64,000 bases of DNA. It comes from a virus (taxonomy: Duplodnaviria; Caudoviricetes). This document shows positions 43,693 to 54,011 of the stretch, in pieces (within the stretch, counting starts at the first letter, position 1; every line of letters begins with the position of its first letter). The notes under the pieces were generated by a model. It made no database searches and was not told the origin of the DNA. It saw only the letters and a program-made list of their open reading frames with translations. The position numbers and the translations under genes are program-made. The stretch is from positions 46,866 to 110,865 of the IMG/VR virus record IMGVR_UViG_638276483_000001; one strand, 5' to 3'.

Positions 43693-44909
43693 GCGACGAC
43701 AAACCAAGCCTCGGTGAGCGGCTGGCCGCCCGCGCGATGGAATCGGAAGAAACTGAGTACACCGCGAAAACCGAGTTCGACGGGGTTTCTGGCTATATCC
43801 AGACCGGCCCCGTCGACACCAAGGTTACTCCGGAAGAGTATTCCGACATCCTGGTCCGCTTCGGCTACGACCCGAAGAAGATCCGCATCGTCGGCTATCC
43901 GCGGGTCTCCCGGTGGCAGCAGCGCGCCCGCAAAAAGGTGTGGAGCGACGAGAAGGCCCAGTACATCCAGACGCACGAGTTTGAGACCGTGTGGCTGGAG
44001 GCGTACCGCTTCAGCATCGCCCCCACTCTCCCCGGATTGGATCTCCCGGCCCTGTACGCCGCAGTGGAGCGCGACCACGAGGTCCGCACCTCCGATCGGG
44101 TAGACGGCCAAGCCACTGTCGTGGTGGCGTGGGGCGACGTCCAGACCGGCAAGGTGGATCACCTCGGCGGCATGGAAGAGCTCCTTCACCGTCTTCAGGA
44201 CAAGCGTGACGCTCTGCGTGAGTACCTGGCGCGCACCCCGCATGATCACATCGTGGTTGCCGATGTTGGCGACATCATCGAGGGCTTCGACAACGTCGAC
44301 TCTCAGATTCGCACCAACGGGCTTTCCCTGATGGACCAGGTGGAGGTGGCGGCGACGGAGTTCTGGAAGACCATCAAGTTGTGCGCGGAGTTCGCGCCGG
44401 TTGATGTTCTGTCCATCCCGTCCAATCACTGCGCCTGGCGCCGCGGCAGCAAGCAGATCGCGGGCCTGCCCAACGACGACTGGGGTATCCACATCTCCAA
44501 GCGCCTGGAGGGGCTGAGTAATGAGCTCGGCCTGGGCGTGAAGTTCCACCGCCCCGAGTCCGAGTATCTGGAGATGCTGGAGTTCGACATCCGCGGCACC
44601 CGCCTCGGATTGGCTCATGGTCACCAAGCCCGGAATCCGAAGTCCGTCTGCGACTGGTGGGCGAAGATGTCCCACGCCGGCGAACTGTCTTGCGACGTTC
44701 TCCTCACCGGACACTTCCACTTCCCGACGTTCCGCCCCTCCGGCCGGAATCCTCGCACGGGCCGGACTAAGTGGCATGTGCAGTGCTCCACGCTCGACAA
44801 CGGTTCGGCCTGGGTCCGGAACGCCTTCGGCGAAGACGGTGACCCTGCCTTGACGGTGTTCACCATCGACGAGGGCGGATTCAACGTGAGCGGATTTGCG
44901 CTGCTGTGA
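43689..44909 (+). CDS. Calcineurin-like metallophosphoesterase
   Basis: GDVQ, GDIIEG, SNH, HGH, GHFH. Confidence 0.85.
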   Translation: MSDDKPSLGERLAARAMESEETEYTAKTEFDGVSGYIQTGPVDTKVTPEEYSDILVRFGYDPKKIRIVGYPRVSRWQQRARKKVWSDEKAQYIQTHEFETVWLEAYRFSIAPTLPGLDLPALYAAVERDHEVRTSDRVDGQATVVVAWGDVQTGKVDHLGGMEELLHRLQDKRDALREYLARTPHDHIVVADVGDIIEGFDNVDSQIRTNGLSLMDQVEVAATEFWKTIKLCAEFAPVDVLSIPSNHCAWRRGSKQIAGLPNDDWGIHISKRLEGLSNELGLGVKFHRPESEYLEMLEFDIRGTRLGLAHGHQARNPKSVCDWWAKMSHAGELSCDVLLTGHFHFPTFRPSGRNPRTGRTKWHVQCSTLDNGSAWVRNAFGEDGDPALTVFTIDEGGFNVSGFALL

Positions 44910-45382
44910 TCCACGTCCACGAATACCTCGAATGGATAGAGGAGCCGGGCTGGCAATCGCGGACCCTCGAATGGGTCCGCGTGTGTGAATGCGGTTTTTC
45001 GCCTGATCGCGTTGCCCGGCGGGTCCTGGTCACCGGCTCGCGCGGGTGGATGTCCCGAGAGATGATCTTCGAGGCGTTGGCCCGTGAATTCTTCGAGGCT
45101 GACAAGCTGGGTATGCCCGCCCTCGTGGTCAGGCATGGGGCGGCCCCCGGCGCGGATCTCATCGCCCACGAATGGGCGCTGGAGGCCGAATACGTCGACC
45201 CGGACCCGCATCCGGCCAACTGGAGCGCGGGGTTGATAGCGGGGCATGTCCGCAATCAGAAGATGGTGGATCTCGGTGCCGACGTCTGCCTGGCATTCCC
45301 GACTGCGGATAGCCGAGGCACGTGGGACTGCGTTCGCCGCGCTAAGGAGGCCGGTATTCCAGTGAAGGTATTCGAATCGTGA
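44906..45382 (+). CDS. SLOG/YspA-like nucleotide-binding protein
   Basis: VLVTGSR, HGAAPGAD, AG..RN..MV, SRGT..CV. Confidence 0.8.
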   Translation: MIHVHEYLEWIEEPGWQSRTLEWVRVCECGFSPDRVARRVLVTGSRGWMSREMIFEALAREFFEADKLGMPALVVRHGAAPGADLIAHEWALEAEYVDPDPHPANWSAGLIAGHVRNQKMVDLGADVCLAFPTADSRGTWDCVRRAKEAGIPVKVFES

Positions 45383-48223
45383 CCAACGAGGAATTGATCG
45401 AGAAGTTTGTCGAGAAGCTCGCCGCGGAGCAGCCTGGATTCAAATACCTGGAACCACTGCCCGCCCCGCCCACGGAGGGCGAAATCCTCTGGGAACGCAT
45501 AGAAGACCTGGAGCGCAAACACGAGGAACTCCTCGAGCGCTTCGAGTCTCACCGCCACGTTATTGGCGACGGGATGGTCAACGGCCGGTACGAGAAATTC
45601 GCTACCGGTGAGCCAATCAATGAAAGCTAGGTAGGAATGCACGATCCCGAATGCAACTGCGGCGGAATCCCGGAGGATGCCGTAGTTCTGCGCGAACTGA
45701 GGATTGTCGAATTCCTCAACCCGGAGGACGGGGAGATCTACAAGATCGACCTGTCCCACGATGGCTCGGATAATGAGCTCCCCCTCGGGGGGATGCTCGA
45801 ATTGGCGGAGTGGGCGAAAAGCATGGCGATATCGCCGCTTATCGCCGATCTGGTCTACCAGTTTATGAATATAGAAGAAGAATAACTACCACCTTCAGGG
45901 GAACGAAGTGCGGTACTCAGAAAACAGGCCCATTTTGCTCAAGGGCATCCACGAGCAAGACCACGACAACCCCGCAACGCCCAGGTGGATTTCTCCGCTG
46001 GCGTCGGGATTTCTGATCGCCAAGGAGCTGGGGGTAACGCCCCCGACTCCGAAGCAGAATCGCCGCGGCCGTAGAGCCGCTGGTGTGCGCCGGATTCGCC
46101 GGCGCCTGCCCGGTATGGCCATTCCGAAGTCCCGACAGCCCTGGAGGGTGAAGTGATCTACACGGATTACATCGACGGAGTGTTCATCGTCCACGACGGG
46201 ACTTCGACGCCGAGTGAAGTCTGGATGAAGGAATACGCCGCAGCGCTCGCCAGCGGGCGCCTAGACCTCGGGGAGTCCGAGTGAATGACAAGGTCCGCCA
46301 TCGTGGCAAGCCCGCCGAGCCCTTCGCCGAGGTCGGTGCCCACGGGCGCATCACCCGCACCAAAGAAGACGGCCGGCTGCGCATCACCCCCAAGGGTCAT
46401 GGACTCCCGGCCATGGCGTACGTCTCCTGGAAAGACGGCGAGTTCTTCACCTGGGAGCGTCTCTCGGATTTGACCTTCACGAAGGGCCGCAAATGAGAAA
46501 GTGCTCTACCTGCGACCAGCCGTTCGAGAACGGCGAGCCAACCGTCCTGGTGAGCGGTGAGGCCATGCACCCGTGGTGCGACCTCACGCCCGGCCGCGGC
46601 GGGACATGCGATACGGACAACTGCCATTGGCGGTGGACTTATCACGCTGGGGCGTGCGTCGTATGAGCGCCTTCTCCAACTCCACCGAATTTGAGATCTG
46701 GTCCATCAACTGGTGTGGCCGGTGCGTGCGCGATGAGCATGCCGACTCCGGGTTCGGTTGCCCGATCCTTGACACGGTCTATCTAGAAAACAGAGTCCCG
46801 CCAGAGTGGAGCGAGGGTACCGATGGCCTCAGAGACCGATACCACTGCTCAGAGTTCGAGCCTTCGTAAGTGGCAACAGCCGCTTTCGCCTGAAGCCATT
46901 GAATGGCTGTCGGTGCAGTTCGCAATCCTGCGCGATCGTTTCCGGCCGACTAAGCCCCGGATTCGTTCCCGCAAAGAGTTCTGGGAGCGGTGATGCGCCG
47001 GGGGCTGGCCCTGGCGCTGCACTGGTTGGCGCTGAGGATCTACCGGGATGAGCACACAGAGCGCATCGAAATAACCGACGAGTACGACATTGTCCGCTGC
47101 CGCGTAGAGGTGGCGGGGGATGAATCCGGCCACGGGGTTGATTCGGAGTATGACCTTCTACCCCCGGGCTGGACGATGCGCCAATTCAAGGATGGGGAGC
47201 GGTATCGGTGAATGAACTCACTCCGGAAATGGTCGCCCAGTACGATCAGCAGCTCGCGGCGTGCAACGAGTGTCTTGATAAGTTCGTCGAGACGTTTCAG
47301 ACCTTGTCGTGGTGCGTGGGGTCGGACCTGGTGACGATGGAGTTCGCCAACGATTTTGTTCGGCGGGTCGAGCTTGCCGAGAACGGCGAGGACACCGAAG
47401 ACGACTTCGGGGTGACTACCGAGTTCCTGGCGAACATGTTGACGGTGGCTATCAAGAGATTGGCGCGGGTATGATCCGGCTTCCTAATGGCGACATGATA
47501 GGCCCGCGCGACAGCGTGATCCGGGAATTGCTCACCGGTGAAGAGGTGCCTGTCGAGGACTGGGTTGTGGACCAGTCTGAGTTTGTGGACACCAACGCGT
47601 GGCGCTACTGCAAGTTCTATGACCTTCCCCCGGAGTTTTGGGCCGACATGCTTCACGATTACGTTTGGGAGCCCGAATGATATCCATCGCCCTGGTGGAT
47701 GGGCGCCCAGTCACCCCCTGTAAAATGGGATGGCTGGTGGATGACACGGTAACCAAGGCTGCCCAGGTGGGGTTAACCTGGACCCCGGAAGACGTGCATC
47801 AGCACCTTCTGATCACGATGTTCGATTACCCTATACCGCCCGAGTTTCAGTCTCGCTATGACCAGATGAACGCAGATTTGAAGCGGGTGGGCGATACGGT
47901 TTGTCATTGTGGCGCTCCGGGCGAGCGATACGCGGGTAAGAGGTACGCGGTGTGCCCGCCGTGCGCCTATAGCGTGCATGAAACCTGCTATTGCAGCGAG
48001 GGCGAGTGAACACGATGCAGTGCGACTTCTGCGACCTTGAAGAGGGCCACGAGGGTACCCACATTCTTTATGCCCCGGCCGAGGAGTTTGACTGGCTCGT
48101 GAAGATGCTTGACGAAGAAGAAGAATGAGCATAATCGAAGACCTCATGCTGCTCGAGGATCTTCGCTAGGCATGTGTCAGTTTTGTGAAGATTGATCGGG
48201 ATGAGAAACCCGGATACGGGCCA

Positions 48224-48289
48224 GCGCACGTAGCGATAGGACAGGGGCTGTCGAGAGACGGCCCGGGGGTTCGATTCCTCACGCGCGCT
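48224..48289 (+). ncRNA. tRNA-like element with a GNRA-capped hairpin in place of the anticodon arm
   Basis: GCGCACG/CGCGCGC acceptor (6 of 7 pairs); GGGG-TTCGATT-CCTC T-arm; GGGCTGTC-GAGA-GACGGCCC. Confidence 0.55.
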
Positions 48290-48401
48290 CGCAATGCTGG
48301 GGGATGCGCCGCGAGGCCCACTCCCAGCATCCCTATAGCTGAATATGGTAAAGTAGTTTTTACGACCAGTCCCCGGTACCTCTGCCGGTCATTCGCTGGT
48401 C

Positions 48402-48537
48402 CAGGGTGTAGCTCAATAGAATAGAGCGCCGTCGCATCCCCGCGTTGAGGGCCGTTAAGCGGTGCGGGGACGGGACCGCGGAAGATGCCGGTAGGTGACA
48501 CCTCGCGCTAAATGCGGGGCAAATCCGGCCACCCGAA
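48402..48537 (+). ncRNA. Expanded tRNA-like element with insertions in the anticodon arm and T-loop
   Basis: CAGGGTG-TA-GCTC-AATAGAATA-GAGC ... AAGAT-GCCGG-T[insert]CAAAT-CCGGC-CACCC. Confidence 0.55.
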
Positions 48538-48695
48538 TTTGCCCCGCATTTGCGGATGTAGGGGAAGCGGCCTCCGGGATTACCCGCCGGAATGGCGGGG
48601 CCTGGGGGTTGCGCCACTCCGGCGGCCCCTGGCCGCCTAGGAACCCAGCCCAAGCTTCGGAGGCCGCTCCCGAGAAGCCTCTGGGCCGGGCTTGT

Positions 48696-48767
48696 GCGCT
48701 TGTGGTCGAATTGGAAAGACTCCTGGCTTCCACCCAGGTTATGCAGGTTCGAGTCCTGTCGAGCGCT
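48696..48767 (+). tRNA. tRNA-Gly(TCC), CCA not encoded
   Basis: Canonical cloverleaf: GCGCTTG/CGAGCGC, CCTGG-CTTCCAC-CCAGG, GCAGG-TTCGAGT-CCTGT, U73. Confidence 0.92.
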
Positions 48768-49662
48768 CGGAGGCTTAAGCTAACAAGCCGCCAGAAACTA
48801 AATTAGCCGATAGTTGGCAGACCTAGACGTCAAATCACTCTGCCCGGCGTCCGCTTCCGTCGTGAACCAGAAGCCTCGACTTTAAGGAGGTCTTCCATGC
48901 GTTAGGTAACTAACAATGGAAGGAGCGGTAATGAGCCGCACATACAGAGATCAGAAGAAGTATCTCTACAAGCACCATCACGAGGTCTGCATGCGCAGCC
49001 ATTTCTACCTAGATGACGGCTCCATGCGGTGGGCCTGGCGCGCGCACGACTGCGAATGCGCTGACTGGTGGGACTGGAGCATGAAACACTGTCCGGTCCC
49101 GAGTTGGTGGAATCGCGATATTCGTAGGGCGGAGCGCGCCTTCACCCGCAACAAGATGCAACGCGCCCGCGCCGGTCACATCGACTGGTCGGCCGTGGAT
49201 GAAAAGCGCGGAGATGACTATTTTTGGTGACTTCTACTTCATGCCCTGCGCCGCTTGCGGTGGCCGGATGCTGAGGTCCAACATGACCGCCATCTACCCC
49301 GCCGAAGGGATGATTCACAGCCAATGCGCCAAGAGGTTTGCGGAATTGGGCTTCGGCGAGTATCCGGAGGTGAATGATGGCTGACTACTTCACCCGCGGG
49401 GGCCGGGGACCTTTCGCCTCCTATTCGGAGGCCGCGGAGGTTGGCGCGCCCCTTCTGGACCTCTCCACCATCAGCGAAGACGGCTCCGAGATGATCCGCC
49501 TACTCGCCGATGATCCGGTGCTGTTCGCCATCTTCGAGCTTGGCCGGCGGCTAGGTGAAGAGGGTCTCTAGAACGGTACGCAAATCCCGAGGTGCTGCCA
49601 CCTCTCCCGTTAAGTCGGTCGGATTGCGTCGGCTGGCCCCCGCCGACTGAAGTGGGGCGGTG

Positions 49663-49735
49663 TGGCCCGTAGCTCAATTGGCAGAGCAGCCGGCGGTAAT
49701 TTCGGCGCGTCTCGGTTCGAGTCCGGGCGGGCTAC
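49663..49735 (+). tRNA. Non-canonical tRNA with an 8-nt anticodon loop (CGGTAATT); identity uncertain
   Basis: TGGCCCG/CGGGCTA acceptor, GCTC/GAGC D-arm, GCCGG/TCGGC anticodon stem, CTCGG-TTCGAGT-CCGGG. Confidence 0.75.
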
Positions 49736-49757
49736 CTACTTTTCCCGTGAGGTGTCG

Positions 49758-50198
49758 ATGATCCGGCCGGAAATCAGCGTAGAAAAAAGCCTGTGGTGCA
49801 TCGCCCTGCCGGGGGTGCCTATCGCGGCCGAGGCGTGGTTCTGCGATACCTGCGTGACCGATTTTATCGACGCTGCCCGCGAGTACGCGTGGGATTGGAC
49901 GGATCACCTGCACCGGGCGCCGAACCACGGGCAGAACGCCGACCTGGTGTGCTTCATTCAAGCCTCCACCGACCGGCAACTCCGGAATTGGGTTTTCTCG
50001 GGTCTACGGTGCGTCTGTGGGGATGTTTACGAGGATCACGAGCCCAAAGACCTCTCGGTCCCGTTGGTGAACGATAATCCGCTCTACCCGATCCCGAACG
50101 GCTCGGTTTCGACTATCGCCACCACCAAGCCTTTCTCCACCTACGATATCGCCGCCTGCCACTGCGGCTGCACGATTTTTGATTTGTTGACCGACTAG
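49758..50198 (+). CDS. Possible antitoxin-like (HicB-fold) protein
   Basis: LPGVPIAAE...FIDAAREYA.DW...L..APNH pattern (resemblance from memory). Confidence 0.45.
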   Translation: MIRPEISVEKSLWCIALPGVPIAAEAWFCDTCVTDFIDAAREYAWDWTDHLHRAPNHGQNADLVCFIQASTDRQLRNWVFSGLRCVCGDVYEDHEPKDLSVPLVNDNPLYPIPNGSVSTIATTKPFSTYDIAACHCGCTIFDLLTD

Positions 50199-50805
50199 GG
50201 GAACATGTCTGTCTACGATGAGGCTGTAGAGCTTCTGAGAAGCAATATCGGGTCGCTACCCGATGAAGACTTCGGCCATCTCAACCTTTTTCCATTCACG
50301 TACGAATCCGACGAGACCAACGGCATCAAACTCAAGGTTTGCATAGCCATTGTGAAGCTTCTCCAGGATCACGGCTTTCTCGCCGCAGACGACGCCAAAC
50401 CGCTTGATACGAGTCGTTCGGTGCGGGTGGCCTGTCAGTCCTGCGATACCGCATTGTTCAGCGTGGTGGCGGGGGAGTCGGGCGCGCTGGTGCCGGCGTC
50501 GTACTTGATTCAGCAGGTGGGCCGCTTGGACCCGAATTGCCCGCACAAGCCGATGACGCTGGATGATCAGCGCCGGCTGATTCAAGAGGCACTCGAGGAA
50601 GCGGGGAAGCAGTGAACGAAGAAGAAAAGCTCCAGATGATGGGCTCATTGATGAGCCGGATGACCGCGGCATCGGCCGAGGAAGCCCGCTTCACCGATGA
50701 GCAGATTGCAGCCCTAGTGGAGATCTTTATCCCACGGTTTGTAACCGGTGCTCCAGGGGTTGCCCCCGCCAAGTTGTCTTGCACGGTCGATAGGGATGAA
50801 AAAGG

Positions 50806-51495
50806 TTGGACGATTCGCATCGATCGCTAAAGCGATGCAGCGCTTGTGGCGAACTTAAGCCCCGAGATTGCTTCCATAGGCGGTCGTCATCTAAGGATGG
50901 CCTTGTCGGTAGGTGTAAGGACTGCGTTAGCGCCTACTGTCGCCGCTGGTATGAAAATCGTGAAACCGTCGCTACTGAGCGTGAAGAGCGGGAGCGCCTA
51001 GCCGCCGAGAGGCACCGCGCGGGGCGGCGGGAGTGCGTCGACTGCGGCGACGTGAAAGGCCTTTCGGCCTTTGAACGGCATGCCTACAGCAAGGATGGCT
51101 ACCGGGGGCAGTGCGTCGACTGCTACGCCTCCGCAAAGCTGCGCAGCAAGTTTAACATCACGCTCGATCAGTATAATCATCTGCTATACGAAGTGCAGGG
51201 CGGCAAGTGTGCGAATCCGGGGTGCGACGCCCGCCCGAAAGAGGGGGCGCGTCGCTTTCCTGTTGACCACGATCACGCGTGCTGCCCGGATCGTGCCGTT
51301 TCGTGCGGCAAGTGCGTTCGCGCCATCCTATGCCCACCCTGCAACACGACGTTGGGCCAAATGAGGGATAGCCCGAAGCGCCTCCGGGGTCTTGCGGATT
51401 TCGTAGAGAATCACCACACTCAATATGCGCTGCGTTTCTGGGGCGTCGACGACTGGCGGGAGCTTTTAGTCAAGTCTTTAATCGAACTAAACTAA
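50806..51495 (+). CDS. Endonuclease VII-family protein with two Zn ribbons
   Basis: QGGKCANPGC, VDHDH, VRAILCPPCN. Confidence 0.85.
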   Translation: MDDSHRSLKRCSACGELKPRDCFHRRSSSKDGLVGRCKDCVSAYCRRWYENRETVATEREERERLAAERHRAGRRECVDCGDVKGLSAFERHAYSKDGYRGQCVDCYASAKLRSKFNITLDQYNHLLYEVQGGKCANPGCDARPKEGARRFPVDHDHACCPDRAVSCGKCVRAILCPPCNTTLGQMRDSPKRLRGLADFVENHHTQYALRFWGVDDWRELLVKSLIELN

Positions 51496-52029
51496 AAGCC
51501 TACGTCCCCGTTTTTGAAGTCGGCAATGATTTGGCAGTATTCACACAGCCATTTGTTGTCGGTGGCCGCGCCCACGTAGATGACGCGGTTACATTCTGAG
51601 CAGCGAGGCTTTCCCGCCTCGACGGACGCCGCATGCAATGGTGGGCATGCGGCGCGCCTGTTGAGACACCGCCAATAAGGCTCACCGCATGACGGGCATC
51701 GCTTGGTCATCAATCCACCTCACCACTCCAGCACCCGAAGCAGTACAACTCGTCGGGCGCGTCCGTCCAGACCTCTCGGGGCGCGTAGGCGATGGGATAT
51801 CCGCACCGCTGGCACTTGACCTCGTAGTCGTCTTCGGTGAGGGCGGGCGCCTTGTCCATTTAGTCCCTCACTTTCGCCAGGATTGCCAGCGCGTCAGCCA
51901 GCCCGCTGGCCCGCCCCCCGCTGACTAGGCAGTCCTCTTTGTCGCCGCGGGCCGTGGCCGCTTCGCAGGATCGAAGCCACTTCACGCGCTCGGCGTTGAT
52001 CAGGTCTATTGCATCGCTCCATGCGCTCA

Positions 52030-53358
52030 TCAGATCTCTCTCAATGCCTGGTCCCGCAGGACCTTCAATTGCCCGGCGAGATAGAGCAGGGTGTCCGCCG
52101 CGTGCCCCAGCATTTCCGGGGTGCGGGTGAACATGTCCAGCTTTTTGTTTCTCCCGAGATACTTTCCTTCGAGGCTTTCCATCTCCGTCAGGAAGCCTCC
52201 GTGGTGATGCCCCGCCATTTCGGCGGTCTCGATCAACTGGTCGAGGAAGAATTTCACCGGCACCATGTTCGCGAGATCCTCCGGCTCGGGGTTGAGCTCG
52301 CGCACCTTCTCTTCTACTCGCGCGGTCACCCGAACGTTGTTGACCGCGGCCTCGATCTCCCCATCGGAGACGAACGCGCCCTGTATCCGGATGGCGCTGC
52401 GCGCCCCCACTGGCAGAAATAACCCGTCACCCATTCCCATGAGTTGCTCGGCTCCGCCCTCGTCCAGGATCACCCGGCTATCGGTGAGGGACGCTGTGGC
52501 GAACGACAGCCGCGAGGGCACGTTGCTCTTGATGAGGCCCGTCACCACATCCACGGAGGGCCGCTGCGTCGCCAGGACGAGATGAATGCCGGCCGCACGC
52601 GCCTTCTGCGCGATGCGGACAATGTTGGCCTCAACCTCTTTCTTGTAGCCACCCATCATGAGATCAGCGAGTTCATCCACCACTACCACGATGTAGGGGA
52701 GTCCGAGTTTCTCGGCGTGGCGCACGCCAGCCTCCTGCATCTGCCGGTATCGGTCGTCCATCTCTACGGTGAGCCACCGCAGCGTTTTCACCGCCTCGTC
52801 AGCCTCTGTAACCACGGGCTGGAGAAGGTGGGGGATACCGTTGTACGGGGTGAGCTCGACACATTTGGGGTCGATCATGATGAGTTTGACCCGATCAGGG
52901 GTCGCCCGGTAGAGCAGCGAAACCAGCATTGAGTTGATGAAGCTGGACTTGCCCGATCCGGTCGCGCCAGCCACCAGCAGATGCGGCATCTTAGCCAGGT
53001 TCAGGGAGATGTCCTTGCCCTCGACGTCCTTGCCCACTGCCACGGTCAACGGATGGTCGTCTTCGGGAACGATGTGCTGCAACCGCACAGTCTGCCGTTC
53101 CGGCCGGGGGAGCTCGATTCCTACGGCTGTTTTCCCGGGGATGGGGGCAACCACCCGGACGCTCTCTGTTGCGAGCGCGTAGGCCAACTGGGACTGTAGT
53201 TGTGCGACTTTCTGGATGCGCACACCCGGCCCCAGTGTGATCTCGTAGCGTGTGACGCTCGGTCCATCGGTGCGGCCGGTGACCTTGGCCTCGATGTCGA
53301 ACTCTCGGAGCGCGGAGATGATCTGTGCGGAGATGTCCTGCTCAAGCATTGCGGTCAT
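52030..53358 (-). CDS. ftsK: FtsK-like DNA translocase (alpha/beta motor only)
   Basis: GPSVTRYE, MPHLLVAGATGSGKS, MIDPK.VEL, VVVDELADLMM, ATQRPSVDV. Confidence 0.95.
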   Translation of the reverse strand: MTAMLEQDISAQIISALREFDIEAKVTGRTDGPSVTRYEITLGPGVRIQKVAQLQSQLAYALATESVRVVAPIPGKTAVGIELPRPERQTVRLQHIVPEDDHPLTVAVGKDVEGKDISLNLAKMPHLLVAGATGSGKSSFINSMLVSLLYRATPDRVKLIMIDPKCVELTPYNGIPHLLQPVVTEADEAVKTLRWLTVEMDDRYRQMQEAGVRHAEKLGLPYIVVVVDELADLMMGGYKKEVEANIVRIAQKARAAGIHLVLATQRPSVDVVTGLIKSNVPSRLSFATASLTDSRVILDEGGAEQLMGMGDGLFLPVGARSAIRIQGAFVSDGEIEAAVNNVRVTARVEEKVRELNPEPEDLANMVPVKFFLDQLIETAEMAGHHHGGFLTEMESLEGKYLGRNKKLDMFTRTPEMLGHAADTLLYLAGQLKVLRDQALREI

Positions 53359-53828
53359 TTGTCTGCCTCCAGGTTCATGATGAGCTTCTGGCCCCACTTG
53401 TGTCCGCAGTCGCGGCACGTGCGGAGTACGTCGTCGTTGTGTTTAATGGCTTCACCTTCGGGTGTGGCTAGATATAAGGGCCAGATATCGATCTTGTAGT
53501 CGGGGATTGGACCGTCGTAGAGCGCCCGTCGATTCTTGCGGAGCGTCTTGCGGAGCGCCTCTACCGACTCGATCCAGTGCAGGTCTTCCGTGTCACACTT
53601 CGGGCACACGCTGTAGGGCATGAAGAGTCTGGGGGAGATGGGCTCGGGTTCGGCGGCCGGCGCGGGGGGCCGCAGTATCGCCGCAAAGAAGCCCCCCAGG
53701 GCGGTGAGCGCCAGCGCCAGCAGTAGCAGAATCGCCTGCCATGCCCCGCCAGTTACCCACGTCAGCACGGCGATTGTTGCCGCCGTCAGCGACAGCCCCG
53801 CGAACATATCCGCCCAGTCGACCTTCAC
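53355..53828 (-). CDS. Membrane protein with Zn ribbon, coupled to ftsK
   Basis: Two N-terminal TM helices; CPKC and CRDC. Confidence 0.7.
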   Translation of the reverse strand: MKVDWADMFAGLSLTAATIAVLTWVTGGAWQAILLLLALALTALGGFFAAILRPPAPAAEPEPISPRLFMPYSVCPKCDTEDLHWIESVEALRKTLRKNRRALYDGPIPDYKIDIWPLYLATPEGEAIKHNDDVLRTCRDCGHKWGQKLIMNLEADK

Positions 53829-54011
53829 TCCGCCTCCACGCTCTCAATCGCTTCCAGATTCCAGATACACCCACTGGCGCAATCCCATGTGCAGTAGACT
53901 GTGTTGCGACATTGGTAAGACTCTCTCTCGTGTGTACCGGTGTCGGGTGCCGTCCGATTGCCGTCGGGCGGCACCGCCTTTAGATCCAGCCGTCGTTGTC
54001 GTAGATGCGGC

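Noticed and set aside
48329-48365. Further tRNA (CCCTATAGCTGAATATGGTAAAG)
   Set aside because: Resembles a 5' half only; no T-arm or acceptor partner found
48768-48880. HDV-like (theta) ribozyme after tRNA-Gly
   Set aside because: Could not assign the nested double pseudoknot or catalytic C by eye
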